Assembly (NCBI GenBank): GCA_000002445.1
Contig: CH464491.1
Location: forward strand, 960,001-1,024,000
Length of the DNA: 64,000 bases
Source: Trypanosoma brucei
Lineage: Eukaryota
Direction: 5' to 3'
The notes below the pieces were generated by a model, which saw nothing but the letters and a program-made list of their open reading frames with translations, was not told the origin of the DNA and ran no database searches. A program made the translations under genes and the position numbers. This document shows, one piece after another, positions 51,666 through 62,330 of this stretch (position 1 is the stretch's first letter; every line of letters starts with the position of its first letter).

Positions 51666-54062
51666 ATGGACACCCTTACGTACGTGTGCAGGGAGTGCGA
51701 AGCCAGCGCGTTGCGCATTGAGGTGCCGTTAATTTCAGTTAAGGCAACCGCTTTTAACGATGACGTACCCGCGCTGATTTCATCCCACCGCCGGCTGCTC
51801 TGCATGAACATGAAGCAATCTAACCGCCTTCGTGTTCTCACACACCGGGGAAGTTACGCGGAGGTGGAAGTGGGCGCTACAGTACTCCGCAACCTCGTCT
51901 CCTCTGAGGGGTTACTGGAACACTGCTATTTTTTCGCAGCCGGTGGTAATGTGGTAGCGCGACTGGCCCCCATCAGGCAGGCGAACGGGGATGTAAAGAT
52001 CGAGAAACGTGAGGTGCGTCTGCCCGAAGAAGTATACGGTGTAACTGTGGGTTACGGAGATATCGTGTATGTACTAGGGAGGTCTTGTGCTTTTGAGGTG
52101 CATATGGAGTCATCAAAAACGTCACCAATTGGACTGGCACCCCGCACTTTTGTAAAACATTCGGTAATTGGATATCATCAACAGGCGAAATTACTGTTAG
52201 CGCCGGCAAAGGCGAACTGCCTCGACCTCGTATCAGCAACAGCCGGCACGAGCGTCTTACCGAAAGTCTGGGAACCGCACGCCAACTCGATGCCAACTGC
52301 CGCATTTTTCTTCCAGAGACGCAGTTTTTCGAATGAAAATTCGGATAACTTGTTCATTGTTACTGCGTCTCATGGCAACAGGGAACTCCGATTGTGGTCC
52401 TACAGCCAACGGACGAAGACATTTACTCTCAAACAGGACATATCCATCACTATGGAGGACGATGGAGTGGTGGATGGGGACGAAAATGCTTTTCTTATTA
52501 GCTGCACACCCACAGAAGAGTATATAACGCTTTGCTCAAAACAGCGTCCTCTTGCTGTGGTGCTGGAGCTCAACCGCAGTAGTTTCAAGGTCGATCGTGT
52601 TACTTCGTGGAGACTTAATGGCCCCGTACTGGGAAGTGTGGCAGCTGTTAGCAAGATGACAGAATCGGCGAGCAGCACATCTGTCGAGTACCAGGTGATT
52701 TTAACCGTCCGCACGGCGACCGGTTTTTATGGAGAAGTGCTGGACGTAGAAAAGCCTGCGGAAGCATCCAACACACCTTCACTGAGGACAAACTCCGCCT
52801 CCTCGTGGTTTCCGAAAAACGAGGCGGCACACATCGGTGGGACAGAGATTGCTCTGCCCACAGCACTGACATCGGTCTCTTCGTCCGTCTTGGGTGACAA
52901 AACGACAAACGCCGTGCCACAGGGAGTTGCATCTAACATTGTCCGTCAACAAGCCTCTCAGTTCTGTGAAACGCTGCGAAGCATTGATGAACGAGTTGTC
53001 AATTTGCAAAAGCATGCATCGGAAGCGATGCGCCTCCTTCAAGAGGCATGGGAGCGAGAAAAAGCACAGACAATCGGGCGCGAATTTGCCATTCGTAACA
53101 AAGGCAGGTTGGAGCAGCAACAACAAGTAGCAGGACAATCTACCGATAACCTCACCCCCAGGCAGCAGGAACTACTGGAGGAAATCCGTTCTATTGTGGA
53201 AAAGTCAGAGCAGCTGGCCGTAGATACTGCCACCGAGGTAGTGAAGGCACAACTTTCCCGGCGCCTGAAGGACGCCGTAGCGAAGGGTGCAAAGGAGGCA
53301 GATCAGGTTGAGTTGAGCTCCGGAACCCCCATTGTTCGTTCCACGGACAGCATGCGCCTGTTCAGCAACGGCGTGGACGCTGCCGTACGCACACTCGTTC
53401 GCGCAGTAAAAGGATACCACAAAACGATGAAAACTGTCGTGGATTCCTCATCAGCTGCGACAGCTAGTTGTGTTGCTAAAGCCAGGGAGTTCACGGCGTC
53501 CCTGAACCGTGAGAAGCAGTTACTTGCATCGGAATTGATGGCCACAATGGAGGTTGTGAGGCACGGCGGAGCACCGACCCAGCCGGTGGATCCAGACGCT
53601 CTTGTGGCGCGGGCAATCGCGCTAGCAGAAGCAAACGATTGGGTCACCTCCTTTACGACCGTGTTGGGGGCATCTGATATCACTGTCTTGTTGCACTTCC
53701 TCGAGAGTGAGGTGTGCGTGAATAACGTGACAGCTATGGTGAATCCGCAGTCGATTACCTTGCCTATATTTCTTAGCCTCTGTCTCCAGTTATCCTTTGA
53801 GCTGAATAACTTGCAGGGGCTCATTCCATCGCGTGTCAAGGCCCTTCACGCCTTCTTTGTTGAGTGGGATGATACACTGAAGGATATGAAGAGCAGGGCA
53901 GCAGATGGTAATAGCAAACACAAGCCGATGTTTGAGCTGACAAAACGCGAGTTGCGGAATGTATTGGAACAGTTGGAGATTGTCGACGATAAAGCAGTTG
54001 ACCGATGCAGTCGAAACAATCTCCGGCTGCTGAAGAAACTCATTCACTTCCTGGTGACATGA
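51666..54062 (+). CDS. Hypothetical protein with predicted coiled-coil segments (799 aa)
   Basis: The ORF-track start 51627 is TTG; the first ATG is 51666 (MDTLTY). A polyY tract lies upstream (51340-51375). Heptad-like Q/E/K/L-rich segments occur in the C-terminal half. Confidence 0.75.
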   Translation: MDTLTYVCRECEASALRIEVPLISVKATAFNDDVPALISSHRRLLCMNMKQSNRLRVLTHRGSYAEVEVGATVLRNLVSSEGLLEHCYFFAAGGNVVARLAPIRQANGDVKIEKREVRLPEEVYGVTVGYGDIVYVLGRSCAFEVHMESSKTSPIGLAPRTFVKHSVIGYHQQAKLLLAPAKANCLDLVSATAGTSVLPKVWEPHANSMPTAAFFFQRRSFSNENSDNLFIVTASHGNRELRLWSYSQRTKTFTLKQDISITMEDDGVVDGDENAFLISCTPTEEYITLCSKQRPLAVVLELNRSSFKVDRVTSWRLNGPVLGSVAAVSKMTESASSTSVEYQVILTVRTATGFYGEVLDVEKPAEASNTPSLRTNSASSWFPKNEAAHIGGTEIALPTALTSVSSSVLGDKTTNAVPQGVASNIVRQQASQFCETLRSIDERVVNLQKHASEAMRLLQEAWEREKAQTIGREFAIRNKGRLEQQQQVAGQSTDNLTPRQQELLEEIRSIVEKSEQLAVDTATEVVKAQLSRRLKDAVAKGAKEADQVELSSGTPIVRSTDSMRLFSNGVDAAVRTLVRAVKGYHKTMKTVVDSSSAATASCVAKAREFTASLNREKQLLASELMATMEVVRHGGAPTQPVDPDALVARAIALAEANDWVTSFTTVLGASDITVLLHFLESEVCVNNVTAMVNPQSITLPIFLSLCLQLSFELNNLQGLIPSRVKALHAFFVEWDDTLKDMKSRAADGNSKHKPMFELTKRELRNVLEQLEIVDDKAVDRCSRNNLRLLKKLIHFLVT

Positions 54063-54801
54063 CATCAGCGAAGGGAAAGGGTCGGAGAGGTTGGAGACTA
54101 GTAGGGAAAAAACGAAGAACGGATTGTGGATGAAAATGAAAACAAATACAAGGGGGGAAAGAGAAGAAGCAAGGTAAAAAGCAAATATTGTGAAGTTTAT
54201 AATTGTGGAATGCGCCGCCGCTACCCTTAACCAGCTAGCAAAAGGTACTTGGGCTGAGGAGCTAGTTTTCATTGAAACAGCAAATCGTGATGATGTGTAA
54301 AAAGTAAGTGGCACCGCTGCGAGTCGTGATGGTTTGGGCATGAGTTCGACGGTGTACGGTTTGCGCGGAAGGGGTGGACTGCATGAGCAAGAGGCTGAAA
54401 GTAAGATGATACAAATTAAGGTAAATAAACGTGGTGACTAGGCGTTTGATCAGTGTGTGTATGATCTAATGCCAAACAGGAGGACGGTTCGCGCACGCAA
54501 ACACATACACGCATGTGCGTATGCAAGTGTATACATCACACGCGTTTGTGTACTAGGGTAAAGAAGGGTGGGACAAGAAGCGATTGGTCACTTGATTTAC
54601 CTTCCGACTCTTAATCAATTCATCACCATTATTCTCTCCCTTTAAAGCGCGAGTGTGTTGACTTGGGTCGTCGGTAATGAGGTAACTTTCCTCTTTGAAC
54701 ATTTCCGACAAGTCCGGATATCTTGTTGTTTTAAGCATCTTCCCATCTTTTCTTTTCACTCGTTCCTTGTGCGTGCGGTACGTTCACCTAATCCTGACGG
54801 T

Positions 54802-54825
54802 GTTGTTTATTTTTTTTTTTTGCAG
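54802..54825 (+). promoter_or_regulatory. Polypyrimidine tract + AG, candidate trans-splice acceptor for the AK7-like gene
   Basis: gttgtttattttttttttttgcag, with AG at 54824-54825, about 160 nt upstream of ATG 54984. Confidence 0.45.
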
Positions 54826-54983
54826 TTAGAGTCCCTAAAAGGTGAGGAGGAGAACCATTAATAACGGGAAGATAAACAGAACAAAAAGAATATAAATTAG
54901 ATAGAAGTTTAGGACACATAAAGGATCAGGCAGCTCAACGAAGCAAGGAGCAGTGAAAGAGGAGAGATCGCTGTAAATAACAA

Positions 54984-57900
54984 ATGAGCGTAGAAGAAGT
55001 GTCATGTCTTTCGGAGGACTTCGCTAGCCGCACAACAACCAGCGTTCTCATCCTCTACGCTGACACGTACTTTGGTCGGAGGATGTTTCAGCAGTTTTAC
55101 GGCCGCAAGAGTAAGACGGGTACGTGCTACAGGATTAATGCGTGCATGTGGAGTGAGAGCAGCGTGGAAAACTTTATTGATTACTGTGACACGCTACCGT
55201 TCCAAATGGGTCACAGTTTCCGGTCCCGTCAGTCACTGCCAACCGTAATCGACCTCGGAACCCAGGCCGAAAAAGCCAATCTTGGTTCCACTATCGACGG
55301 TGGCGCCACACAGGGCCCAGATAATGCGGACGGGACGAGCCATCAGCTCAATGTCTTCTGGCGCCGAAATGGACCCAAGTTGCACCAGGCCGTGCTGGCA
55401 TCAGACCTGATAGTAGTTGAGTTGCGCAGTGCACAGGATGTATTTGACATTGTGCACCTTCTCACAACAAAGATTTTGCGAAAAACAAAGCGCCTTATTC
55501 TCGTCTCGTCACTACTAACGTGGTACGCCACGCCGCCCCTACAGAGGGAGTCGGTGGAGGAAGTGAACGGCGAAACAGACTCTGTTGAGAATGAAGAGGA
55601 GGGAGAACACCATGAGGAGGAACAGGAGGAGGTGCAGCAGCCCATGAAACCAGATGAAGTGGAGGCTTTGTTGGGACCTCTGGAGGTGGCCGAAGATGAT
55701 TATGAAAACTCTCCCTTGGAGGGGGAGGCAGAAGGTGAGTTGGAACTCCTAACAGAAGATCAATACAACCGTCGCATCCCGCATGCCAAGTATTTCAACT
55801 GGCGCGAGGCGGAACGAGTTGTGGCTTCAGCGAACAGCGATGATCGCCATTTGCAGACCTGCGTTGTGTTTGCGGGTCTCACATACGGTGAGGGGGAAGA
55901 TGTGATGGAGTCCTTCTTTCGCCAGGTGTGGAGCCGGGAGGAACATGGATTGCCCATATATGGTAGTGGCTCGCAGATTGTGCCATGTGTGCATATTCGC
56001 GACCTCGTGACGTTTGCGCAGCGGCTTTTGGAGGCGGCTGCACCGCCAACAAGCCGCTACGTGTTCGCTACAGATAACAGTAATGTTTCATGGCGGCGGA
56101 TGGTTCTCGCACTAAACCGGGCGTTCGGTGGGGAGAAAACATTCCATGTACCGCCTTCGGAGTACCTGCTTCACAAAAACGTAGAGCTCTTTACGATGAA
56201 CCTTCGTGTGGAGAATTCCACGATGAATGAAATGATGGACGAAAGTGATTGGGCGGCACGGGGCGGTTTCGTGGATTCCATTGATAAGGTTGCCCATGAG
56301 TTCATTGAGTCACATAACTTGCAACCGATACGCATCCTGATTCTCGGGCCACCTCTGTCCGGGAAAACTGCCCTGTCCGGGGCTGTGGCGAAGCGGCACT
56401 ATCATGTGCCTACTTTCACGATAGAGCAAGTGCGGGAAGAGTACAAGGAGCACATCGAGATCCTGAAATCTAGACTTGCAAAGTTCCGTCAGTGCCTACA
56501 TGAACGGGAAAAGACGCGTCGTGAAGAAGCGAAGAAGCGGGCATTCTTGCGACCGCGCAATAAGCCAGAGGTTAAGGAAGAAGAGGAAGATGACCAAAAT
56601 GCCATGGGTGAGACACAGCAGCAACCAACAGCGTCCCCCGACAGCGGCCGGCAGGGAAATATGGAAAGCACCAGGCTAGTGGATTGTTCAACTACCGTTG
56701 CTGAGGATGATGTCGATGGTAAGGCGGTTGACTTTTCGCTGAACGAGGAGGAAATGCAAAACGTGGAGGCACTCGTCGACGATTGGTACCAGGGCAACGA
56801 ACGTGCTATACAAATACGTGATACTATTGCGTCAATGGAGCGTGTACTCTCAATGCGGATAAGAGTACAGCCCCCAAGCTCAAATGACCCGTTGGGTTCC
56901 AGTAACCCAAAGAAGCGTAAAGAGGGAACGAAGCAGAAGCGTGTAGCAAAAGTTGTAAACAAGAAGCCAGTCGCTGAAGAAGAAGAACACAATCCTGTAC
57001 AACAGGAAAGTGCTCCATTTCAGGACAAGGCACTTGCATGCATGGTGCGGTGGCGGCTGTCCCGTCCGGATTGCCGTAACCAAGGATACGTGCTTGACGG
57101 CTTTCCAGAGACCGTGGAGCAGGCTCGCCTTGTCTTTGGCCAGACCCCACTGGAGCTTCCCGAAAACAATGAAGACACAGTAATTTCGTTGCCCTCCGCA
57201 CCAGCCGGTAGTGGAGGGTATGCAAGGACGGCGGTTGTGCGTCACTCGGCGTCACTCTCGGCGAATGCTCCACCCGAGAGCACGGAGTTGTGTGACGAAG
57301 ATCGGTTGCCTGATTTTGTCTTCGTCCTTACTGCTCCGGATAATTACCTCCTTGATCGTCTGACCGCTGTTTCCAAGATATCAGGCGAGACGGGAAGTAC
57401 TGAGGAAAAGTGTCTGAGGCGGTTCGAGGCAGCGATGGCAAACTACCAACAACAGTACACGAACGCAGAATACACCCTTCCAAACTTCTTCGAAACTGCC
57501 AGCACCGTCGCCAAAGTGCTTACGCCAGGAGGCCGCACCCCCACCGTGTTGGCGGTTGATGTGAGTGGTCAGCCCCTACTGCCTCCGCCACCACCGGAGT
57601 CCGATTTCGCCGTGCCCGAACCAGGTCAGCTGGAGAAACTTCTCTGCGCATACGTCGGACCCTCCCACACGTTGGGGCTTTCTCCAAAGCAACTCTTCGA
57701 TGAAGAAATACGAGCTCGTAATTTAGAAATGGAAGAAAGAAAGAAGGAGATGCGTGCCATCACCGAGCAGTACGAACGCGAGTTGCGTGAGTGCATGATG
57801 GAGAGCGAGCAGCGGTCCGTCGTAGAAGATGCTCGGCGCGCCATCGACCTCGCGGACCGGGAGGCCCTAGAAGAACGCAAAAGACCGCTGCGGATGTATC

Positions 57901-58037
57901 TTAACCATAACATCATACCGTTGCTGAGCAAGGGACTAGTAGAGGTGTGTAAAAGGCGACCCGTTGACCCTGTAGACTTCCTCGCCGAGTGGCTTATGCT
58001 CCACAACCCTCACGATGATTCGTGTTTTGAACTGTAA
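54984..58037 (+). CDS. Adenylate kinase 7-like protein with C-terminal Dpy-30/RIIa-like motif
   Basis: P-loop ILILGPPLSGKTALSG (nt 56347-56373). Downstream is an AMP-binding-like motif GYVLDGFPETVEQARLVFG. Acidic low-complexity inserts are present. The C-terminal LVEVCKRRPVDPVDFLAEWLMLHNP (nt ~57940-58010) matches the Dpy-30 dimerisation motif. The N-terminal ~400 aa is an NAD(P)-binding-like extension, as in metazoan AK7. A polyY tract at 54802-54822 with AG lies upstream. Confidence 0.8.
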   Translation: MSVEEVSCLSEDFASRTTTSVLILYADTYFGRRMFQQFYGRKSKTGTCYRINACMWSESSVENFIDYCDTLPFQMGHSFRSRQSLPTVIDLGTQAEKANLGSTIDGGATQGPDNADGTSHQLNVFWRRNGPKLHQAVLASDLIVVELRSAQDVFDIVHLLTTKILRKTKRLILVSSLLTWYATPPLQRESVEEVNGETDSVENEEEGEHHEEEQEEVQQPMKPDEVEALLGPLEVAEDDYENSPLEGEAEGELELLTEDQYNRRIPHAKYFNWREAERVVASANSDDRHLQTCVVFAGLTYGEGEDVMESFFRQVWSREEHGLPIYGSGSQIVPCVHIRDLVTFAQRLLEAAAPPTSRYVFATDNSNVSWRRMVLALNRAFGGEKTFHVPPSEYLLHKNVELFTMNLRVENSTMNEMMDESDWAARGGFVDSIDKVAHEFIESHNLQPIRILILGPPLSGKTALSGAVAKRHYHVPTFTIEQVREEYKEHIEILKSRLAKFRQCLHEREKTRREEAKKRAFLRPRNKPEVKEEEEDDQNAMGETQQQPTASPDSGRQGNMESTRLVDCSTTVAEDDVDGKAVDFSLNEEEMQNVEALVDDWYQGNERAIQIRDTIASMERVLSMRIRVQPPSSNDPLGSSNPKKRKEGTKQKRVAKVVNKKPVAEEEEHNPVQQESAPFQDKALACMVRWRLSRPDCRNQGYVLDGFPETVEQARLVFGQTPLELPENNEDTVISLPSAPAGSGGYARTAVVRHSASLSANAPPESTELCDEDRLPDFVFVLTAPDNYLLDRLTAVSKISGETGSTEEKCLRRFEAAMANYQQQYTNAEYTLPNFFETASTVAKVLTPGGRTPTVLAVDVSGQPLLPPPPPESDFAVPEPGQLEKLLCAYVGPSHTLGLSPKQLFDEEIRARNLEMEERKKEMRAITEQYERELRECMMESEQRSVVEDARRAIDLADREALEERKRPLRMYLNHNIIPLLSKGLVEVCKRRPVDPVDFLAEWLMLHNPHDDSCFEL

Positions 58038-58777
58038 GTGACCTGTTGTCTTTTCGTTTCTTACTTCGTCGGGTTGGGTTGTGAAGAGGGCCACACAGAG
58101 ACTTAGAGTGCATTGGAACTCGTACAGCGTAGCCGCTATTGTCTATAACACCCCTCCCTCCTATTTGACCCAGTAATAGGGGAAGTTTTGTTTATGTATG
58201 TTGTGAGTGTGCGCTATGCATATGCATATATATATATATGGATAATACCCCTTTCCATGTATATTTCATTCCTCAAGTCCACTCCTCTCGCCCCTTTCCT
58301 CTGCATGTTTCGGTACTTAGGTTGTTGTGTTGTGTCTGTGCTCGGCGAAAGGCCTCGGTGCTGTAGGAATGGAGGGAAGATTATCTTTCACGTTGCTCCT
58401 CAGCCTGTGTTGAGAAGGGATCTCTCGCCTGGCGTAAACATGTCATCTACTCGGCGGAATAACATATGCTTTTGTGTGCCAAGGGCGAGACGCCAAATAA
58501 GAGTGGTAGGAGGGGATGAAGAGGATTCAAATATCATCATTTTGTGGTCGGTCTGCATGAAAGAAAGGTTTTGCGTGGGAAGCACGCTTTTGAATTACGC
58601 CACAGCCTGATCTGTCCACTGTTTTCGCCCATTATTTCTTTCCCATGGTTTCCCCTCCTTTGTATGTGTTCGTGTAGTTTACAATTTAGGTTACTTCTGT
58701 CAGAAGTTGAGGAGGTGTAGCCGTGGCCCCGGCTGTGTGTCGCGTGTTTGGGGGTGTGCCTGTGTGTTTTACCCCAA

Positions 58778-61330
58778 ATGTTTGGTGGTTTGGATTCGTC
58801 GGGTGACGAAGGTGAAGGATTGGCTAATCAGGGTCCATCTGGAAATAGAAACACACGACAAGTAGCGAGCAGAGGTATGAGGTCGATGTTTGCAGAAGAT
58901 GATATGCAGTCAAGGCAAGGCGTTACATCCCTGCGTTACGAAGATAAGGGGACTGACAAAGCGGTAGCACGTTCGGTGATGGGTAGTGGAGGCGCCACTG
59001 GGCAACAGTCAAATGCTTCGTCGCCACTGCAAACAGCAGTACAGGCCGTGGTGGTCGCATACAAAGGAGAGGAGGTGATTGGGTCATGCGTTGTGGCCGC
59101 ATGTGTGCCTCGTACAAGCGCCACGGCTCCTCCCCTCATTGCAATTATTGACCGGGACAAGCGACCGCAGTGTCGGGTGCGCATGGACGAAAATCTGCAA
59201 CTCATTCAGAGTGAAGGGGAGCCGCAGTACGCCTCGCTGTTCGATCCAAGTTTTGGAGGTCATTGGTCACTGATGTTCAAGGGGCGCCGGGAGTGCACAG
59301 AGTTTGTTGCTTCAGTACTTACTGCCCTCAACTCTTCGCGTCTGCAAGACAGTGGAGTGACGCCTCCAATTGTTGAGTGGGGAAGCGGCGCGTCGCCATA
59401 CGAAGAGCTGGGCGCAGCCGCACGCACGGTAACGCGTGGAGACACGGTAACGATTTCCTTCACGTCTTGGCTGCTACAACGGGTGCCGGGAACGTCCTTT
59501 TTTTCGTTAGGGAAAGTGATTGAGGAGGTGCCACCAGAGGCACCGCGTGAGGTAAGTGTGGGCTCCGGTACAATGATGATTGGTGTAGAAAACGCCCTGA
59601 CTGGCATGAGGGAAGGTGGTTTCTCACGACTGGTGTTTGTGACGCCGCGGTTGACGAAAGTGAACCGCGGCTTGGGGAATCCGGAGGTTCAGCCGTCTGA
59701 TACGGTCGTTACACACATCACTTGCCACGAGATTCTGCGGGCCGTGGGAAGAAACAAAGCTTCAAGGCCCGCACACCAAGTGGGGACGGTAGAAGCAGAC
59801 AATGTTAACTCCGCTTTTGATAACACAACGGCGGCATTGGGAGCGCCAGCGGTAATAAGTGACCGTAGGGAGTGCCCACCAGGGTCGGTGGAAACTGGAG
59901 CCGCGCAAACAGGGTCGTCAGACGTGAATTCGCTCATGCAAGTCCTTCTGCTACAGACGCTACAACAGCAGCAGCAACAGAAGCAGAGCGTCAGTGCCCC
60001 AGTTGCCGAGGGAGGGCAGTTGAGCTCAATTGAGCGAAGCGTGGAGCGACTTCACCTTCAGATTGCAACCCTTTATGAGAAGGTTGATCGCCTTGGCATT
60101 GACGAGAAGATAGAGAAAAACAACGCAGCGATTGAGCGGATCGTCAAAAAAGTTGTAGGGAAGGTGCCGATGGGTGAGGTAGATTTGGAAGATGCGGTAA
60201 AAGACCGTGATGGGCTTCTTGCGACTATTGAAAGGCTGAAAGGACGGCTCGAAGAGGAGACGAGTAATTACCATCGGGCCCTGGAGGCAATGAGTCGGCA
60301 CAAGGATGAGGTGCTCCAGTTACAGAAGGACCTGCAGCTGCAACAGGAAACTCACGGAGCGCGCGTGCAGCAACTTGAAGAAGATAGGCGCCTGCGGCTC
60401 GTGGAGGCCCATGTTCAGCAGCAACAGGCCGTAGAACGTGTAGGGGAGGAAAAGTTCCGCGAAGGCTACGAAGCCGGCGTCCGAGCAACTGAGCAAAAGC
60501 ATAAGGAACAGCGGGCCCTAGACCCCGCCGCAACCGATGGCTGCACAACACAGGAGTGGAAGGATCGTCTATTTGCCAGTGAACAGCGTGCAGTGCAGCT
60601 GGAAACGGCGCTTCAGCAAGCTGAAGGACGTCACATAGCAGAGAGGCGCCAACTGCAGGAGCATGTCGATGCGCTTACAAGGATGACGACGATGCTGCAG
60701 GAACGGGCAGAGGCCAAAGCATCAGCTGTAGAAATATTGGATGGCCAGCAGACGGCTGAACAGCAAAGTGCTTTCCTCCGCCGAACGATGAATTCGGTCT
60801 ATGTGAACTTGGAGACCCAACTACGTGCCATGGGGAGCGATACGGTTTCCGTGCTAGATGTGTTGCACCTGCTGAGTTCTGTTACTGCCGCCGAGGTCAG
60901 CGCGTTCAGCGATGATGCTTCCAAGGAGGCACTGCTACAGTGGAATCCAGCAGTGAGTGCTAACTCTGATCCGGTGGAACTGCACTCGACACACGTTGCA
61001 AACTACTTGCAAGACGCGAGCGAAATGCGAGCTGGAGGCACCGAGGGCACGTCGGACACACTCGGGTCTGTGGGTTATGCACATATCTCTGGCATTGACC
61101 AGCCGCCAGTTGTGCATGACGAGACAGGCCAGCTTGGTGTGCCACCGCCACCTGAGGGCGAGTCTCTATTTGCTTTCAACTCTGATGTCGATGGGTTCCC
61201 CGAGCCGCCCAACCTCCTGATCGATGCTGAGGATGGCAACGATGCCGCAGGCGGTGGAATTGATAACGTGAGGAACCTCGGGGAAATCTTTTTGGAAGGG
61301 GCACCAAGAGTAACGGACGGAGATGATTGA
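58778..61330 (+). CDS. FKBP-type PPIase-like domain + long coiled-coil protein (FKBP15-like)
   Basis: The ORF-track start 58748 is TTG; the first ATG is 58778. The FKBP-like segment is GDTVTISFTSWLL…GKVIEEV…IGVENALTGMREGGFSRLVFVTPRL (nt ~59420-59720). It is followed by ~350 aa of Q/E/R/L-rich coiled coil. Confidence 0.75.
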   Translation: MFGGLDSSGDEGEGLANQGPSGNRNTRQVASRGMRSMFAEDDMQSRQGVTSLRYEDKGTDKAVARSVMGSGGATGQQSNASSPLQTAVQAVVVAYKGEEVIGSCVVAACVPRTSATAPPLIAIIDRDKRPQCRVRMDENLQLIQSEGEPQYASLFDPSFGGHWSLMFKGRRECTEFVASVLTALNSSRLQDSGVTPPIVEWGSGASPYEELGAAARTVTRGDTVTISFTSWLLQRVPGTSFFSLGKVIEEVPPEAPREVSVGSGTMMIGVENALTGMREGGFSRLVFVTPRLTKVNRGLGNPEVQPSDTVVTHITCHEILRAVGRNKASRPAHQVGTVEADNVNSAFDNTTAALGAPAVISDRRECPPGSVETGAAQTGSSDVNSLMQVLLLQTLQQQQQQKQSVSAPVAEGGQLSSIERSVERLHLQIATLYEKVDRLGIDEKIEKNNAAIERIVKKVVGKVPMGEVDLEDAVKDRDGLLATIERLKGRLEEETSNYHRALEAMSRHKDEVLQLQKDLQLQQETHGARVQQLEEDRRLRLVEAHVQQQQAVERVGEEKFREGYEAGVRATEQKHKEQRALDPAATDGCTTQEWKDRLFASEQRAVQLETALQQAEGRHIAERRQLQEHVDALTRMTTMLQERAEAKASAVEILDGQQTAEQQSAFLRRTMNSVYVNLETQLRAMGSDTVSVLDVLHLLSSVTAAEVSAFSDDASKEALLQWNPAVSANSDPVELHSTHVANYLQDASEMRAGGTEGTSDTLGSVGYAHISGIDQPPVVHDETGQLGVPPPPEGESLFAFNSDVDGFPEPPNLLIDAEDGNDAAGGGIDNVRNLGEIFLEGAPRVTDGDD

Positions 61331-62330
61331 TGAACGTTGTTCGTAGGAAAAATATCTGGTACCTGCTTGATCACACGAAGTTGATTTCTACCCTTTTCCT
61401 CCCCATGCACGTTCTGTGAGGTCTGGTTGAGGGGCCAGGAAGGGTGGGGGGGGGAGGGGTACGTCGAGTGGAAAAGAGGGGGCAAATTTGGTGTGAAAAA
61501 AAGCCAAACAATGACAACGCAACTCCAAACACAAAAGTTTCCCCACCCATTTGAGGAAACATGTGCGCTGTACACAACTTTTCGTCGCAGTTGCTTGACG
61601 GATTTCGCTTATTTTTATTCTTTTCTTTTTTCTTCTTCTAATCTGTCTCCTCATTTCGCTTGCTCTGTCATAACTCGTTGTTATTATTTTCCACGGTATA
61701 CGTGTTTATACCATACTTTGCGGCACTGTGTAGGCTTGTATGAACCCCCGTAGGTACGCAACTGTTTCACCGGCCCTCCTTCCTCTAGTGCCATAACATA
61801 TTCAAACCTTCCTGTCAGGGAAAACAAGGTGTACCAATAAAAAATAGGTTACGGGGTGCTGCACGCAGTTTTCTTAATTTGCTGTGGCGCTTAATGTGGG
61901 GGCCAACAACTGCTGGATGACTCCGTTGGCAACTGTGTCTTTCTTGATGTTGTTGTCGCCCCTGTGAAACGGAATGGAAAAGGTGGGAGATGTCTATGCG
62001 AGGCTGAACCCTCGGTGTTTGCTGTTCGTTTTTTTGAAAAAAAACAAGAGAGAGATGGAAAAGTTGAGTGTGGGTGAAAGAGGAAAGTGATCACCACTTT
62101 GGAAAGTGTTGCGAAATGTTTTTAATAGGGAAAAGAGAACCCCCTGATTTTTGACCTCTCGTGATCAGCGAATTACGATAAAGATGCCTTCTATCCCTTC
62201 ACACAATTTGTCCCCCAATTTTCTTCCATACGAAACACAAAATTGTATAACGTTGCGCGTATATAAATCGGGGGTAAAACAGCGCTTCCCACTGCACGGT
62301 GCAGGGTGCCAATAAATAGGCAGAGCACAT

